A stretch of 59,331 bases of DNA from Helicobacteraceae bacterium (GTDB taxonomy: Bacteria; Campylobacterota; Campylobacteria; Campylobacterales; Helicobacteraceae): positions 1 through 59,331 of the forward strand of contig JARHYY010000061.1 of assembly GCA_029258405.1 (NCBI GenBank), read 5' to 3'. A model generated the notes under the pieces. The model saw nothing but the letters and a program-made list of their open reading frames with translations. It did not search any database and was not told the DNA's origin. Each line of letters opens with the position of its first letter. The stretch's first letter is position 1. The position numbers and the translations under genes were made by a program. Shown piece after piece: positions 29,054-39,950 of this stretch.

Positions 29054-30529
29054 TTATTCCTCAAGCCAATCAGTTTGAATAACCAAATTATTTGGTAAAG
29101 GAATTTTCTTGAGAGATTCTTTAAATAAGTATGGATCATCATAAGTAGCGATGGAAAGCTTATTGTTATGATATTTGAAATCTACATTCTGTAAATGAAT
29201 AGCAGCTGATTCAGCTATGGCTAAAATAAGGCTTAGCCATACAATATGTTTATATGGAGGGGTGAGTGAAGCAAATTTCTGATATTTATCAATATTTGGA
29301 ACTTTTTTGCTTGCGTATGTTTCTACTAAAATTGAAATTAAGATTCTATCTCTATGTGTATAGCCATAGTTAAGACCATTAACTAAAAAATAGCTACTGT
29401 GCTTATTGCTTTGATAAAAATTTAGTGAAGAACCCATATCGAGTAATTTCGCTGCAGTCTTCAGATGAAATTTATAAGTTTCATCAATCTCATGCAATAA
29501 ATAAAGCGTATCAAATAATTTTAATGAGTAAGATGCAATATTTTTTGAGCGAGTATCTTCTGTGCAAAATCTATCAATTAAACTTCTTGTACTTGGATTA
29601 AAACCAATAGGAAATGTGAAATGGGAATTTCTCAATAAATCGCTTAAAAATACACCTTCTCTCACGCCTACCCCGCTAGTAACAACATTTGTTGCACCAA
29701 AATGGAGGAGCAATAAGCTAAATATTAATGTTCCCCCTCGTATGTTATCAAAACGCTCTTCATCAATACCTAATCTCTCCAATTCATCGGTGTTTCTTGC
29801 AGAATAAATCTGTTCAAAAAAAGATTGCTGCTCTGCAACACTGTATTCAAAAGCATGTAAGGTGCTTAAAGGATATTCTGCTCTTTCCATTATTGCTTTA
29901 GACAGTGCTCTTATAGTTCCACCTATACCAAAAATACAATGACTTTTAAGTGTTTCAGGAAGTTTTTTGATCTCATTTTGCACAAATTCAATAACTTGTT
30001 GTAGAGAAGTATTTTTATCAAAAAAAAGCTCTTTTAATCGGATAGTACCGATATTAAGAGAGCTTAAATGAACAATCTTCCCCTCTTTAATAAGTGCACA
30101 TTCACAAGAGCCACCACCAATATCAATGGTGATGCCTTCTTGATAAGGCAAGAGGTTAAAAGCAGCCACTGCACCATAAAATGCTTCTTTTTCACCACTA
30201 ATAACGCGAATATTTAATCCTAAACACGAACGAACAAGTGCTAAAAAATCCCCTCTATTTGGAGCATCTCTTACAGCACTTGTAGCAACACAAAAAATCT
30301 TTCTTGCCCCTAAATCATGGGCAATTTTTAAAAAGCCTCTCAATGCACATATTGCTCTCTCAATAGCTTCTTTTTGGAGATAGCCTTGTGCTTCATAGCT
30401 ATTTTCTGAAATCCGCACTCGACTCTTATGCTCCTCAATTAAATAGAAGCCATAACGACTAGTGCGTTTAAAAATTGCTATTCTTGCCGAATTTGAACCA
30501 ATATCAATAACTGCGGTAATTTTTGCCAT
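29054..30529 (-). CDS. ppx: Exopolyphosphatase / pppGpp phosphohydrolase
   Basis: IDIGSNS, ATSAVRDAPN, IDIGGGSCE and GVREG motifs. Confidence 0.92.
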   Translation of the reverse strand: MAKITAVIDIGSNSARIAIFKRTSRYGFYLIEEHKSRVRISENSYEAQGYLQKEAIERAICALRGFLKIAHDLGARKIFCVATSAVRDAPNRGDFLALVRSCLGLNIRVISGEKEAFYGAVAAFNLLPYQEGITIDIGGGSCECALIKEGKIVHLSSLNIGTIRLKELFFDKNTSLQQVIEFVQNEIKKLPETLKSHCIFGIGGTIRALSKAIMERAEYPLSTLHAFEYSVAEQQSFFEQIYSARNTDELERLGIDEERFDNIRGGTLIFSLLLLHFGATNVVTSGVGVREGVFLSDLLRNSHFTFPIGFNPSTRSLIDRFCTEDTRSKNIASYSLKLFDTLYLLHEIDETYKFHLKTAAKLLDMGSSLNFYQSNKHSSYFLVNGLNYGYTHRDRILISILVETYASKKVPNIDKYQKFASLTPPYKHIVWLSLILAIAESAAIHLQNVDFKYHNNKLSIATYDDPYLFKESLKKIPLPNNLVIQTDWLEE

Positions 30530-30780
30530 TATTCTTCTTTTTGTAATTGTTCATATTTATATTTAAGTTCCTCAATGCTTTCTATGTTATTTGGGTCTGG
30601 AATCAACGCATCTACTGGGCATACTGGTATGCAAGAGGGCTCATCATCATAGCCTACACATTCTGTACACCTATCTGGGTCTATAATATAATGTGGATCA
30701 TCAACTTCTATAGCGTCATTTGGGCATTCCTCACGACACTCATCACAAGCGATACATTCTTCAGTAATCATTAAAGCCAT
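30529..30780 (-). CDS. 2[4Fe-4S] ferredoxin, YfhL family
   Basis: CIACDECREECP and CTECVG..CIPVCP. Confidence 0.93.
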   Translation of the reverse strand: MALMITEECIACDECREECPNDAIEVDDPHYIIDPDRCTECVGYDDEPSCIPVCPVDALIPDPNNIESIEELKYKYEQLQKEE

Positions 30781-30861
30781 TTATCTACTCCCTTATTTAT
30801 AATATATGTATTTTCTAACCTAAAAAAGCTTAAAAACATATTTAATAAGTAAAAGAACACT

Positions 30862-31653
30862 TTAAACTTTCTTTTTATTGAGTGTCTCAAGTGTTTTTTT
30901 TACATCCTCATGACGCATAAAAAATTCCCCTATTAAAAAGGCATCAATTCCTAATGCACTTAACTCTTGAAGCTGTTCTTGTGTATGCAAGCCACTTTCT
31001 GCAACAACAGTTTTGCCACGCGGTATAAGGGGCACAAGCGTTTTACATAAATTCATATCCATGCTGAAATCTTCTAAATTACGATGATTAATACCAATAA
31101 TATTAGCCCCTGCTGATATCGCTTTAAGCAACTCGCTTTTAGAATGAATTTCTACTAATGGCTCAATCCCAAATCGCCTTGCTAATGCAATAAACTCGTT
31201 TAAATTTTTTTGAGATAAAACAGCAGCAATAAGTAATAAACTATCAGCACCATAAACAGCAGATTCAATAATTTGATAAGAATCTATTATAAAATCTTTA
31301 CGCAAAATAGGGATTCGTACAAATCGTTTAAGCAAACTTAAGTATTCTAACTTGCCTAAAAAAAAATGCTCTTCAGTTAAAACAGAAAGAGCTATTGCAC
31401 CGCCTTTTTCATACTCTTGAGCAATAAAAAGCGGGTCAAAATCTTTTCTTATTACCCCTTTACTTGGGCTTGCTTTTTTAATTTCAGCAATAATATTATA
31501 TGTACAATCTTTAATATTATCAAGGGCATTTTTAAAATCTCTTGGTACATAGGGATTATACGCTAACGAACGACCAAGCCATTCAGGTGGAAATTGCTTT
31601 TTTGCTTGTGCTACATCTTCTTTTTTTTGTTGGATAATTTCTTGTAATATCAT
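30862..31653 (-). CDS. trpC: Indole-3-glycerol phosphate synthase
   Basis: [25 protein letters not shown] and VAESG motifs. Confidence 0.94.
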   Translation of the reverse strand: MILQEIIQQKKEDVAQAKKQFPPEWLGRSLAYNPYVPRDFKNALDNIKDCTYNIIAEIKKASPSKGVIRKDFDPLFIAQEYEKGGAIALSVLTEEHFFLGKLEYLSLLKRFVRIPILRKDFIIDSYQIIESAVYGADSLLLIAAVLSQKNLNEFIALARRFGIEPLVEIHSKSELLKAISAGANIIGINHRNLEDFSMDMNLCKTLVPLIPRGKTVVAESGLHTQEQLQELSALGIDAFLIGEFFMRHEDVKKTLETLNKKKV

Positions 31654-33032
31654 GGTTTTTTCTCTTTAGCAAGACATTCTTGAATACTGTTATAATGGTC
31701 TTGAATTTCTTCTTCTTTGTTTCTCTCTTCTGCTGGAATTTGTTCGAAAATTTCCATTGCCTTTGTGCATTCATTGAGATGGTAATACCCCCAACCTAAA
31801 GAATCAAGATAAGCAGGAACATTTGGTTTTTGATGGAGTGCTTTTTTAACAAATTCAATACCTTCTTGAATATTAACTTGATGATCAATTAAGATATAAC
31901 CCAAGAAATTATAAACTAAATCATCGGCTTTACCATTTTCAATAATATGTTTCAATTTTTCTATAATAGGGTTTAATAGTTTTTTGTTGGATAATGGTTG
32001 CTTTAAGCTTTCATATTCTACCATGATTTCAATAATCATATATTTATTGTCATGCGTTTCCCTGTAAAGTTCTTGAGCTAATAGCAAAGCTTTTTGATAT
32101 TGGTTTTGCTCGACATAGAGCTCAAGCAATAAGGGTTTATTATAATCTAAATGTTCTTCTAAAAGCATGGTTGCCTTTGAAAAATTTTTATTATGCAAAA
32201 CAATGCTCAATAAACTTTCTAGGTTTTCCTTCTCTGGATTCTGTTCATATATTTTTGTATAAATTTCTTCTAAGCGTTTAAAGTTTTTATTTTTTCTATA
32301 TACTTCAGCAAGTATAAAGCATAATCGTTCCTCACAGCCTTTAAAACGAGTATGTGTTTCAAGCAAAGCAATGGCTTGTTGTGTATTAAGCACAGATATA
32401 AGTCTTTCAAGAACAAGGGCTGATTGATTATAGCCATAAGCTTTCATTAAAGCTTTTTCAGCTTTTTTTGTTTCATTGCTCACAAGAAAAACTGAACCAA
32501 GTAATTCATAATTTTCCTCATTTTCTTCAATTTTCACGAGCTTTTGGGCTTCAATCTGTGCTTTTTTATTGTCTTTGATGGCAATTAAAATGGCTACAAG
32601 AGTACGCCTAACATCTTGAGATTTTGGGTCTATTTTAAGATAGATATCAATATCAGATAATAAGGCTTTGATATCTTCTCTTGAAAGCGTATTAAAGCGA
32701 CTAGCCTCAAGGCGAATGCCTAATGATTGTTTGAGATATTGATATTGCTTTGTTGTTTCCCAAAGCTCATAAAAAAGCTTTGCTGATGTTGATAAATCAT
32801 TTTCATCTAACGCATTTAGGGCAGTGATAATAGTGCTATCTTCATAATCTATAGTACTGTTATAATCTTTTGGGGCTTCTATAAGAATTTCTTCATTTTG
32901 ATAAAGCACAAATGATTTTTTTTGCGGTATATGATCATTTGTAGTTACCTTTTCAGATTGTGTATGCAAATCACTAGAAGAACATCCAGCAAAAATAAGA
33001 TAAAAAATCACAATGATTCTACATAAGGACAC
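31650..33032 (-). CDS. TPR-repeat lipoprotein
   Basis: Lipobox FAGC; C-terminal [20 protein letters not shown] motif. Confidence 0.8.
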   Translation of the reverse strand: MSLCRIIVIFYLIFAGCSSSDLHTQSEKVTTNDHIPQKKSFVLYQNEEILIEAPKDYNSTIDYEDSTIITALNALDENDLSTSAKLFYELWETTKQYQYLKQSLGIRLEASRFNTLSREDIKALLSDIDIYLKIDPKSQDVRRTLVAILIAIKDNKKAQIEAQKLVKIEENEENYELLGSVFLVSNETKKAEKALMKAYGYNQSALVLERLISVLNTQQAIALLETHTRFKGCEERLCFILAEVYRKNKNFKRLEEIYTKIYEQNPEKENLESLLSIVLHNKNFSKATMLLEEHLDYNKPLLLELYVEQNQYQKALLLAQELYRETHDNKYMIIEIMVEYESLKQPLSNKKLLNPIIEKLKHIIENGKADDLVYNFLGYILIDHQVNIQEGIEFVKKALHQKPNVPAYLDSLGWGYYHLNECTKAMEIFEQIPAEERNKEEEIQDHYNSIQECLAKEKKP

Positions 33033-33385
33033 TCTTTCTTAACCTCCTGAAATTTTGCGTTTTTAAATTTATCCCAAAAAGGAAAACTTCTGCATTGTTG
33101 CGGTCTTACATGGTATATAGAGCAACATTCTTTTTGTTCATCAAAAAAACAGCACGCATGTTCTCGCCCATTAGGTCCATGAATAATTTTTTCTGTGAGA
33201 GAGAGTTTATACCCCACTTTTTTAACAAACTGTTGCGTAATATCACGAATATTAACATGCAAAAATGATGCAATTTGTTCTATCTCACTATATTCTACAA
33301 AAATATAGCCTGATTCCCCACGACAACAAAACCCATTGCACTGTTTACATACATCAGAATCAAAAGAAAAACAAAATTCAGCCAT
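33008..33385 (-). CDS. YkgJ-family cysteine cluster protein
   Basis: CKQCNGFCC..CCFFD..CSIYHVRPQQCRSFPFW. Confidence 0.88.
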   Translation of the reverse strand: MAEFCFSFDSDVCKQCNGFCCRGESGYIFVEYSEIEQIASFLHVNIRDITQQFVKKVGYKLSLTEKIIHGPNGREHACCFFDEQKECCSIYHVRPQQCRSFPFWDKFKNAKFQEVKKECPYVESL

Positions 33386-34086
33386 TAGAGTTCAGCTTTA
33401 ATACTGTGAATATCGATAGAACGATAAATCCCTTGCACCTCTTGGGAGAATTGGTTATACTCATGCACATAAAGCGGAGGTATAAATTTTGTAGGTGTTT
33501 TAGAGCTTAATCGTGCTTTACATAGAAATAATGTTGCATCTTTTGAATCACATGGATAAACATAACGAACAACTTCTGCCTTAAAATGAGATTCTAGCAA
33601 TATTTTAAATATTTTATCACTTTCCCTACAGTCGTAACAAAAAATAAAAATCCCTTTTGGTTTCAAGAACTGTTTTAATCTATTGAGTAATTTATCAAAA
33701 GGGAGATTCTCTTCATATCGTGCATTATAAATAATGGGATTGGGGCTTTTGAGGTGATTGGCATGATAAAATGGCGGATTAGAAATAGCTACATCAAAAG
33801 CATGTGGTTTTTTTGGCGAGAGCTGCAAAAAATCTGCCCATATTACTTCTGCTTTAAATCCAGCTGCCTTTGCATTTCGTTGTGAATAAAAAGCCATATC
33901 CAAACTCTTTTCAATCATCATTAATGAAACTTTTTTTGCTCTTGCACAAAGTAATCCTATTACCCCACTTCCTGAACCAATATCTAAGAGATAATCCCCA
34001 TTGTTAATAAAAGAAAGAGCAAACTTATACAAAAAAAGAGAATCGCTATTATAGGCATATCCTTTAGCTGGTTGTGCAATTTGCAT
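33385..34086 (-). CDS. tRNA1(Val) A37 N6-methyltransferase-like (YfiC family)
   Basis: YAYNSDS, LDIGSGSG and SNPPFY motifs. Confidence 0.82.
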   Translation of the reverse strand: MQIAQPAKGYAYNSDSLFLYKFALSFINNGDYLLDIGSGSGVIGLLCARAKKVSLMMIEKSLDMAFYSQRNAKAAGFKAEVIWADFLQLSPKKPHAFDVAISNPPFYHANHLKSPNPIIYNARYEENLPFDKLLNRLKQFLKPKGIFIFCYDCRESDKIFKILLESHFKAEVVRYVYPCDSKDATLFLCKARLSSKTPTKFIPPLYVHEYNQFSQEVQGIYRSIDIHSIKAEL

Positions 34087-34195
34087 AAGTCGCTCCTCTT
34101 TTACTAAAAACCTATTTTGAAAATATCAACAAAAACTTTTTATGCTATCACATATTTGTATATTTTAACAAAAATAGTCTAACATAATACTAATT

Positions 34196-35398
34196 TCATT
34201 TTCCGTTAAAAACACCTTTTAAACCATTCAATAAATAGCGCCATTTCATTTCAATAAACCTTTTAAGCCAAAGAGCAATTTTTCCTGTTACCTCTTTTTG
34301 CCCTAACACCCCAATGGCGTATTCTTCACCTAAGGAACAAATAGTGCCTTCAGATACATAGCTAAATTCTTGCTGAAACTCTTCACCATTTATTTTTGAC
34401 ATGAGTAATTTTGCAAGATATTCTCCTTGCTTATTAGCAATTTGTGCTGTTGGTGGGTAAAATCTACCGCTTGCTGGATCTTTTAATGCAGCACAATCAC
34501 CTATAACATAAATTTTTTTCATAGATTCCTTATGCTCTTCGCTTTGATTAATTGGCTGTAAAAATCCATTGATTTCAACCTTGCTTCTTCCTGAAGTAAA
34601 AAAAGGTGAATTTTCAATAACTGCATTACCTTTTACTCCAGCTGTCCATATAATAGTATTGCCCTCTATGAGTTCTTGATTATCGCCTTTTTGCACTAAA
34701 ACACCATTTTCAAGACATTTTAAAATTTTGCAATGAGTTGCAAGCTTAATACCTAGCCCTTCAAGATAAATAACCCCCTTCTTAATGAGTGTTTCTGAAA
34801 ACATAGGGAGCACATTAGGCATAGCTTCAACGCATGTTAAAGAAAGTAAAGAGCTCTCAATGCCTTCTTTATGGCATATTTCTTTGAGTGCATGTGCTAA
34901 AGAAGAAATAAGCTCAATGCCGCTAAACCCACCACCACATACGATAAATTTTAAATCATTCACATCTTTAGTGTTTTTATATGCACGAATTTTGTTTATA
35001 ATTTTTTCTTTAAGCTGCAAAGCCCCTTCAAAATCTACTATTGGTGTAGCATATTCTTTAATGCCCTCTATGCCAAATGTATCAGATTGAAAACCTAAGC
35101 CAACCACAAGAATATCATAGGGGTATGTATTACCCTGTTCATCAATTACGGCTTCAGCCTTTACTTCCTTAATTGTTGCTTCAGTAAATTGCACATTGCT
35201 AGGCAATATATCTGCTAATTGAAATTTTGTGCTCTCTTCTCGTACGCCTGTAACAACCTCATGCAGTAAAATAGAAGTGTAATGATAGGAGTATTTACTA
35301 ATAAGCGTTACTCGAGATTTTTCAAAAAAACTTGCATCCACATTTTTAATAAATGATAAAGATGCATAACCCGCACCTAATACAACAATATTTTTCAT
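34196..35398 (-). CDS. ndh: Type II NADH dehydrogenase
   Basis: LGAGYA, CGGGFSGIE, WTAGV, VIGDCA and PPTAQIA..QG motifs. Confidence 0.85.
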   Translation of the reverse strand: MKNIVVLGAGYASLSFIKNVDASFFEKSRVTLISKYSYHYTSILLHEVVTGVREESTKFQLADILPSNVQFTEATIKEVKAEAVIDEQGNTYPYDILVVGLGFQSDTFGIEGIKEYATPIVDFEGALQLKEKIINKIRAYKNTKDVNDLKFIVCGGGFSGIELISSLAHALKEICHKEGIESSLLSLTCVEAMPNVLPMFSETLIKKGVIYLEGLGIKLATHCKILKCLENGVLVQKGDNQELIEGNTIIWTAGVKGNAVIENSPFFTSGRSKVEINGFLQPINQSEEHKESMKKIYVIGDCAALKDPASGRFYPPTAQIANKQGEYLAKLLMSKINGEEFQQEFSYVSEGTICSLGEEYAIGVLGQKEVTGKIALWLKRFIEMKWRYLLNGLKGVFNGK

Positions 35399-35420
35399 AA
35401 ATTTTTACCTTTACCATAAA

Positions 35421-35540
35421 GAAGTGCAATTGCTCACACTTCTTAGCTTCTTAACTAAAGCTAAGCAATCTTAGCTCACTTAAAAGGTTTTTGTTTAGCT
35501 CTCAAGGCTCATTCTTGAATAGCTCTCACCCACACCCTAA
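35421..35540 (-). repeat. Dispersed repeat copy C (IS200/IS605 right-end-like)
   Basis: Minus strand CTTGAGAGCTAAACAAAAACCTTTTAAGTGAGCTAAGATTGCTTAGCTTTAGTTAAGAAGCTAAGAAGTGTGAGCAATTGCAC. Confidence 0.65.
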
Positions 35541-35890
35541 TTTTATTATCAATAGGGTATCTCTATTGATAAGCTTTTACTTATATATGAAATTATTTAC
35601 AAAGAGTTTGCCATTATGCTTTTATGAATACTAAGCTCTATGTAATTATAGAGCAAATAACTAAATAATAGCTTAATCAAAAAAACTTTATTTATTTAAA
35701 AGCACTTTATTTCATTTTTAAAGCAAGATACCTTGAAGTTCTTTATAATTGCAAAAAATTGAAATTGAATATAAATATATAAGAAACTTTGTTTTGAGTT
35801 TTTGGTAAATTGAATTTACCATAAGAAAAATATAACTCAATATTACAATATTAGGTTATAATAAGATAAATAACTTGAGGTTGCAATATT

Positions 35891-36925
35891 ATGAAAAAAA
35901 GTTGTTTTTGCAGTTTTAAAGGTTTAGTGTTGAAGAGCATATTGTCTTTTATTGCAATTTTGTTTATATTTGTTCATTTGGGTGCTCAAGACACTCCATT
36001 GATTCCTTTTGTTTCAAGAGAATGCTGGAGTGGAAGCGAGCAATGTACAAAGGAATTTACACTTACAGGTGAGATGATTTTTGTTAATCGCCCTGCAAAC
36101 AGGAATGATTGCGATGGTTTAAGCAGTATTATTTTATTTGTACCAGATGCAGTGAGCTTAAATCGCTTGAAAGGTGTTTTATTTTATGGTGGCGATAGAA
36201 TCAAGGTAGATGTCAAGGGAAACGAGAAGCTCTATAAAGAGCTTGAAGAGACATTACCAAAATGGTATAAAGATGGTCTTATGGGTGAAGTTCAATTGTA
36301 TGTTCGGGGTGATTTTTATGATTTTGCTCCTGCAAGTATGGTTTGTAATGGTGGTTGGATTTATGAGATTAAGGCAAGAAATGTAAAGATTATCGAAAAA
36401 GGCAATGAAAGCCTAAGTGATAAGAGAGGATATACTCAAGTATATGGTGATACACATTTTACTTACGAGAGAATTGTGCTTGATAGCTCTCAACCGCAAG
36501 TAGCAATTCATCAATTTCCTCAAGGAAAAATTATTGCAAAAATTAAAACGAATGCTCAAAATTATGGTTTTTTGTATAGGCTTGATGGTGATTATAATAA
36601 TCATTGGGGTGGAAAAGGCTACCCTATTGATTTTGGAGGTGCATTAAAAAAGGCTGATGGCACTGTAATTGAAGGCTGGATAAAGGTTATTTATTTTCCT
36701 CCAAATGAAACTTCAAGCCAAAGAGCAATTGTGGGCTATATTGAGGAATCTTTTATTAAGGGTAGTGTGATGTCTTTAGATATTATCGAGGTAGATTCGC
36801 TTATTACCCCCCCTTCGCAAGATTTTCAAAAAGTTCAGAGACCAAAAGAACCTGCAGAACAAAAAATGCCTACAAGAGAGGAAGTAATTGTGCCTCAAAG
36901 GAGAATTATAAGAACACCTTATTAA
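35891..36925 (+). CDS. Hypothetical exported protein
   Basis: 344-aa ORF with N-terminal hydrophobic segment ending HLGAQD; GAGG RBS. Confidence 0.7.
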   Translation: MKKSCFCSFKGLVLKSILSFIAILFIFVHLGAQDTPLIPFVSRECWSGSEQCTKEFTLTGEMIFVNRPANRNDCDGLSSIILFVPDAVSLNRLKGVLFYGGDRIKVDVKGNEKLYKELEETLPKWYKDGLMGEVQLYVRGDFYDFAPASMVCNGGWIYEIKARNVKIIEKGNESLSDKRGYTQVYGDTHFTYERIVLDSSQPQVAIHQFPQGKIIAKIKTNAQNYGFLYRLDGDYNNHWGGKGYPIDFGGALKKADGTVIEGWIKVIYFPPNETSSQRAIVGYIEESFIKGSVMSLDIIEVDSLITPPSQDFQKVQRPKEPAEQKMPTREEVIVPQRRIIRTPY

Positions 36926-36934
36926 GCTTGAGGA

Positions 36935-37351
36935 GTGATGATGAAAAAAAATTGTGTCTTAATGGTTGTTTGTGTGTTAAATATGGTTGTTTGTGTGTTA
37001 AATGTGTCAAATATTGAGATTTATGCTCAAGAAGAACAAGAGCTTACATTGCAAGAGAGCATTCAACGCAATATAAAGCATATTGAAGAAGCTTTGCAGA
37101 AATCTGGTATTCCAGATACTTTGCAAGAGTATGTACAAAAAATAAAAGAATTTCCTGAAAGCAATGAAACAAAAGCTTTTTTGCAACAAAAAAAAGAAGA
37201 TGCCAATAAAATATTGCAAGAGATTTCTACTGTTTTACAAAATGAGCTTGAAAAACTTAATCAGTATTTAGAAAATAATGAAACAAAGGAAAAAATAGAA
37301 AGTGAACTTAAAAGTATTAATGATTCATTAAGATCTTTAATAGAGCTTTAA
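36935..37351 (+). CDS. Hypothetical exported coiled-coil protein
   Basis: RBS GAGGAG; signal-like N-terminus; E/K/Q-rich helical body. Confidence 0.65.
   Translation: MMMKKNCVLMVVCVLNMVVCVLNVSNIEIYAQEEQELTLQESIQRNIKHIEEALQKSGIPDTLQEYVQKIKEFPESNETKAFLQQKKEDANKILQEISTVLQNELEKLNQYLENNETKEKIESELKSINDSLRSLIEL
36962..37003 (+). repeat. 21-bp exact tandem duplication in the signal-peptide coding region
   Basis: ATGGTTGTTTGTGTGTTAAAT x2 (MVVCVLN x2). Confidence 0.9.
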
Positions 37352-38085
37352 TAGTATATTCTGCATAAATAGAGCCCTTGTGGTGGTGCGAGCTGTGTAG
37401 TATGCTGTTTATAAGTTTGAAGTTGCTCAAAAAGTTGTTGTGTTGTTAATTTGCCTTTGTCAAGCTCAAGAAGTGCACCAACCATAAAACGAATTTGTGA
37501 GCGTAAAAATCCATTACCTGTGAAGCTGAATATATAATATTTTTTATGGCGGTAAAAGCGTGCTTGAGTTATTGTCCTTATGCTATTTTTATGGGATTTT
37601 TTGGAAAAAAAATAAAAATCATGTGTTCCTTTGAAAATATTTATGGCATTTTTAATAATGTGGGCATTATAAATGGGGCTAAAAGAAACATATTGAGCAT
37701 AAAATACATTGGGTGTTTGAGTGGATATAATATAGCGATATTGCCTTGCTTTAGCATCAAATCGAGGGTGAAAGCGATAATGAGCAATTTTAAGTGATAT
37801 TATTTGTATATGAGGAAAAAGTTTTTTATTCATCTGTTCTTTAAAATACTCAAGATTTGAAGGTGTATAGGGCATTTTGAGGGCAATAATATTTTGGAGT
37901 GCATGCACACCTTTATCTGTTCTTCCCGCAAAGTTTATTTTTGTTGTGATGCCAAAGCTTTCAAAAACTTGTTTTAGTGTTCCTGCAACAGTTGCATGAT
38001 GTTTTTGAAATTGAGAGCCATAGAACATGCTCCCATTATATGTTATGGCGGCTATGAGTGTAGGCGTGTTAGAATATTTTTGCAA
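37348..38085 (-). CDS. truA: tRNA pseudouridine(38-40) synthase
   Basis: YNGSMFYGSQ, AGRTDKGVHA, FHPRF and GNGFLRSQIR motifs. Confidence 0.93.
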   Translation of the reverse strand: MQKYSNTPTLIAAITYNGSMFYGSQFQKHHATVAGTLKQVFESFGITTKINFAGRTDKGVHALQNIIALKMPYTPSNLEYFKEQMNKKLFPHIQIISLKIAHYRFHPRFDAKARQYRYIISTQTPNVFYAQYVSFSPIYNAHIIKNAINIFKGTHDFYFFSKKSHKNSIRTITQARFYRHKKYYIFSFTGNGFLRSQIRFMVGALLELDKGKLTTQQLFEQLQTYKQHTTQLAPPQGLYLCRIYY

Positions 38086-39133
38086 TTTGTTTCCTGTAAA
38101 GCAAATAAATGCTTACACACCATATAAGCACAAAAGGTACAATTCCTTTTACAGGAAAATATGTGGAGATAATGTGGGTAAAACCATGAAAAAGTGCAAT
38201 AGAAGCGATAGTGTAAAAATAAACATAGGAGCGATTAAAACGAGGGTGCATAATCCCAAGCAAAGGAATGAGAGCAATGGATATAAGAGGAAAGAGTGAA
38301 ACAAGAATATATTGTGAAAAGTTCTTTAAAATTTTGCGAGCCTCTTCTATTTGTCGGCGATTTTCTTCATTGTAAGGTAGGTTGATATTATTAATCTTGC
38401 TCCAATATTTAATAACATCTTGATGTTTTTGTTCTTGTGGGAGAATTTCTATGCGACTAATCATTTTTTGATAATCTATTTTATCAATACTCTTTTCATG
38501 ATTGAGATATGCAGTGCCATCAAATATGTGAATTTCTAATGTTGAATCTTGTGCAACAAGATTGACTTTATCAGCAACAATAAAAGTTTCATACTCAAAA
38601 CTTTTATTGGAGAATAGCACAACATCATTATAACTTTTATCCGAAGAGCTTTGTATATACACAAGCCACGAACCTAACTTTTGTGCAAATTCTGCAGGTT
38701 GCAAATTGATGTCAATATTTTTCTTTTTTTGATTAAGGAATTTATTATAAAGCTCATTTGATGAGGGTATAAGCACAAATGAAAAGAAAAACAATATAAT
38801 TGAAAGCATAAGAGAAAGGGGAAAGAAGATTCTAAAAAAATATGCAGGTGAAAAACCTAAAGAAAATAAAACAGGCAATTCATATTCTTTAGAAAGCTTA
38901 GAAAGAGTGATTACGCAAGCGGTAAAAAAAGTTATGGGCAAAGCAAAAAACATTGTAACAGGCAAGGAATAAAAATAGAGCTCAAAGAAATCAAAAAAAT
39001 TCATTTTGATAATAAAGGTTACTGTGGCTATACGGATAGAAAGGATAATTGAAGTTATAAAAAATATAACTATAAATAGAGAAAAAAACATTTTGCTTAA
39101 ATGCTCAAGAATATAGCGAGAAGCGAGTTTCAT
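38069..39133 (-). CDS. lptF: LptF/LptG family LPS export permease
   Basis: 3+3 TM layout; LSKLSKEYELPVLFSLG motif. Confidence 0.8.
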   Translation of the reverse strand: MKLASRYILEHLSKMFFSLFIVIFFITSIILSIRIATVTFIIKMNFFDFFELYFYSLPVTMFFALPITFFTACVITLSKLSKEYELPVLFSLGFSPAYFFRIFFPLSLMLSIILFFFSFVLIPSSNELYNKFLNQKKKNIDINLQPAEFAQKLGSWLVYIQSSSDKSYNDVVLFSNKSFEYETFIVADKVNLVAQDSTLEIHIFDGTAYLNHEKSIDKIDYQKMISRIEILPQEQKHQDVIKYWSKINNINLPYNEENRRQIEEARKILKNFSQYILVSLFPLISIALIPLLGIMHPRFNRSYVYFYTIASIALFHGFTHIISTYFPVKGIVPFVLIWCVSIYLLYRKQIAKIF

Positions 39134-39840
39134 ATTCTGCTCCAAACAAGAACCATTATAGTACCAATGGTTAAATAAGGTATGAATGCTATTTTTGTAT
39201 GGTTTCCCGAAAGCATAGCGGCTAAAGCCATAGTTGAGCTCACAAGTAAAGCAATATAGTTATATTCTGAACCCAAAATAACAGATGAGATGGCAATAAT
39301 AACAATATCGCCTTCCCCTATATTTTTTTTACCCATAATAGCATGCATAAGTATGCCCACAAGGGCAACAAGCCCAACAATTCCAAGGCTATCGAGCAAA
39401 GCAAATATAAAATGTGTATCAATAGAATAGAGATAAATGTATGAAAGAGCTAATGTTGCAAATAAGAGCAAACTTGAAACCTTTTGATGTTGAATATCAA
39501 TAGCTGAAGCTGTAAGCATAAGAGCAAAAATACTTAAAAGATACAATGTCTTTGAGCTTGCACCAAAACAGTAGGTAAGTATAAGGGCAAGAAATAAGGT
39601 GATAATTTCCAAGAGTACATGAACTAAAGGAATCTTCTCTTTGCAAAATGCACATTTTCCTTTAAGGCAGATAAAAGAAACAAGAGGGATAATATGGTAG
39701 GGTTTGAGTGCTCTTTTACAAGAATCGCAAGAGGAAAGAGGGGTAAATATACTTCTATTTTGTGGAATTCTTATACTTAATGTAGCTGCAAACGAACCAA
39801 TGCATAAGCCAAAAAGGGATATCAATAACCATTCTAACAT
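39130..39840 (-). CDS. Prepilin peptidase (A24)
   Basis: IGSF, SSCDSC..IPLVSF..LKGKCAFC, ID and GEGD aspartate motifs. Confidence 0.9.
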   Translation of the reverse strand: MLEWLLISLFGLCIGSFAATLSIRIPQNRSIFTPLSSCDSCKRALKPYHIIPLVSFICLKGKCAFCKEKIPLVHVLLEIITLFLALILTYCFGASSKTLYLLSIFALMLTASAIDIQHQKVSSLLLFATLALSYIYLYSIDTHFIFALLDSLGIVGLVALVGILMHAIMGKKNIGEGDIVIIAISSVILGSEYNYIALLVSSTMALAAMLSGNHTKIAFIPYLTIGTIMVLVWSRI

Positions 39841-39950
39841 ATTTACCTTCTTTTTATTGTATATTGATATGATATTTTACAAAAGAAGTATCAATATTTG
39901 AATATGCAAGCAAAGAAATGCTAAAATACACAAAACAATAAAGGAGCATT

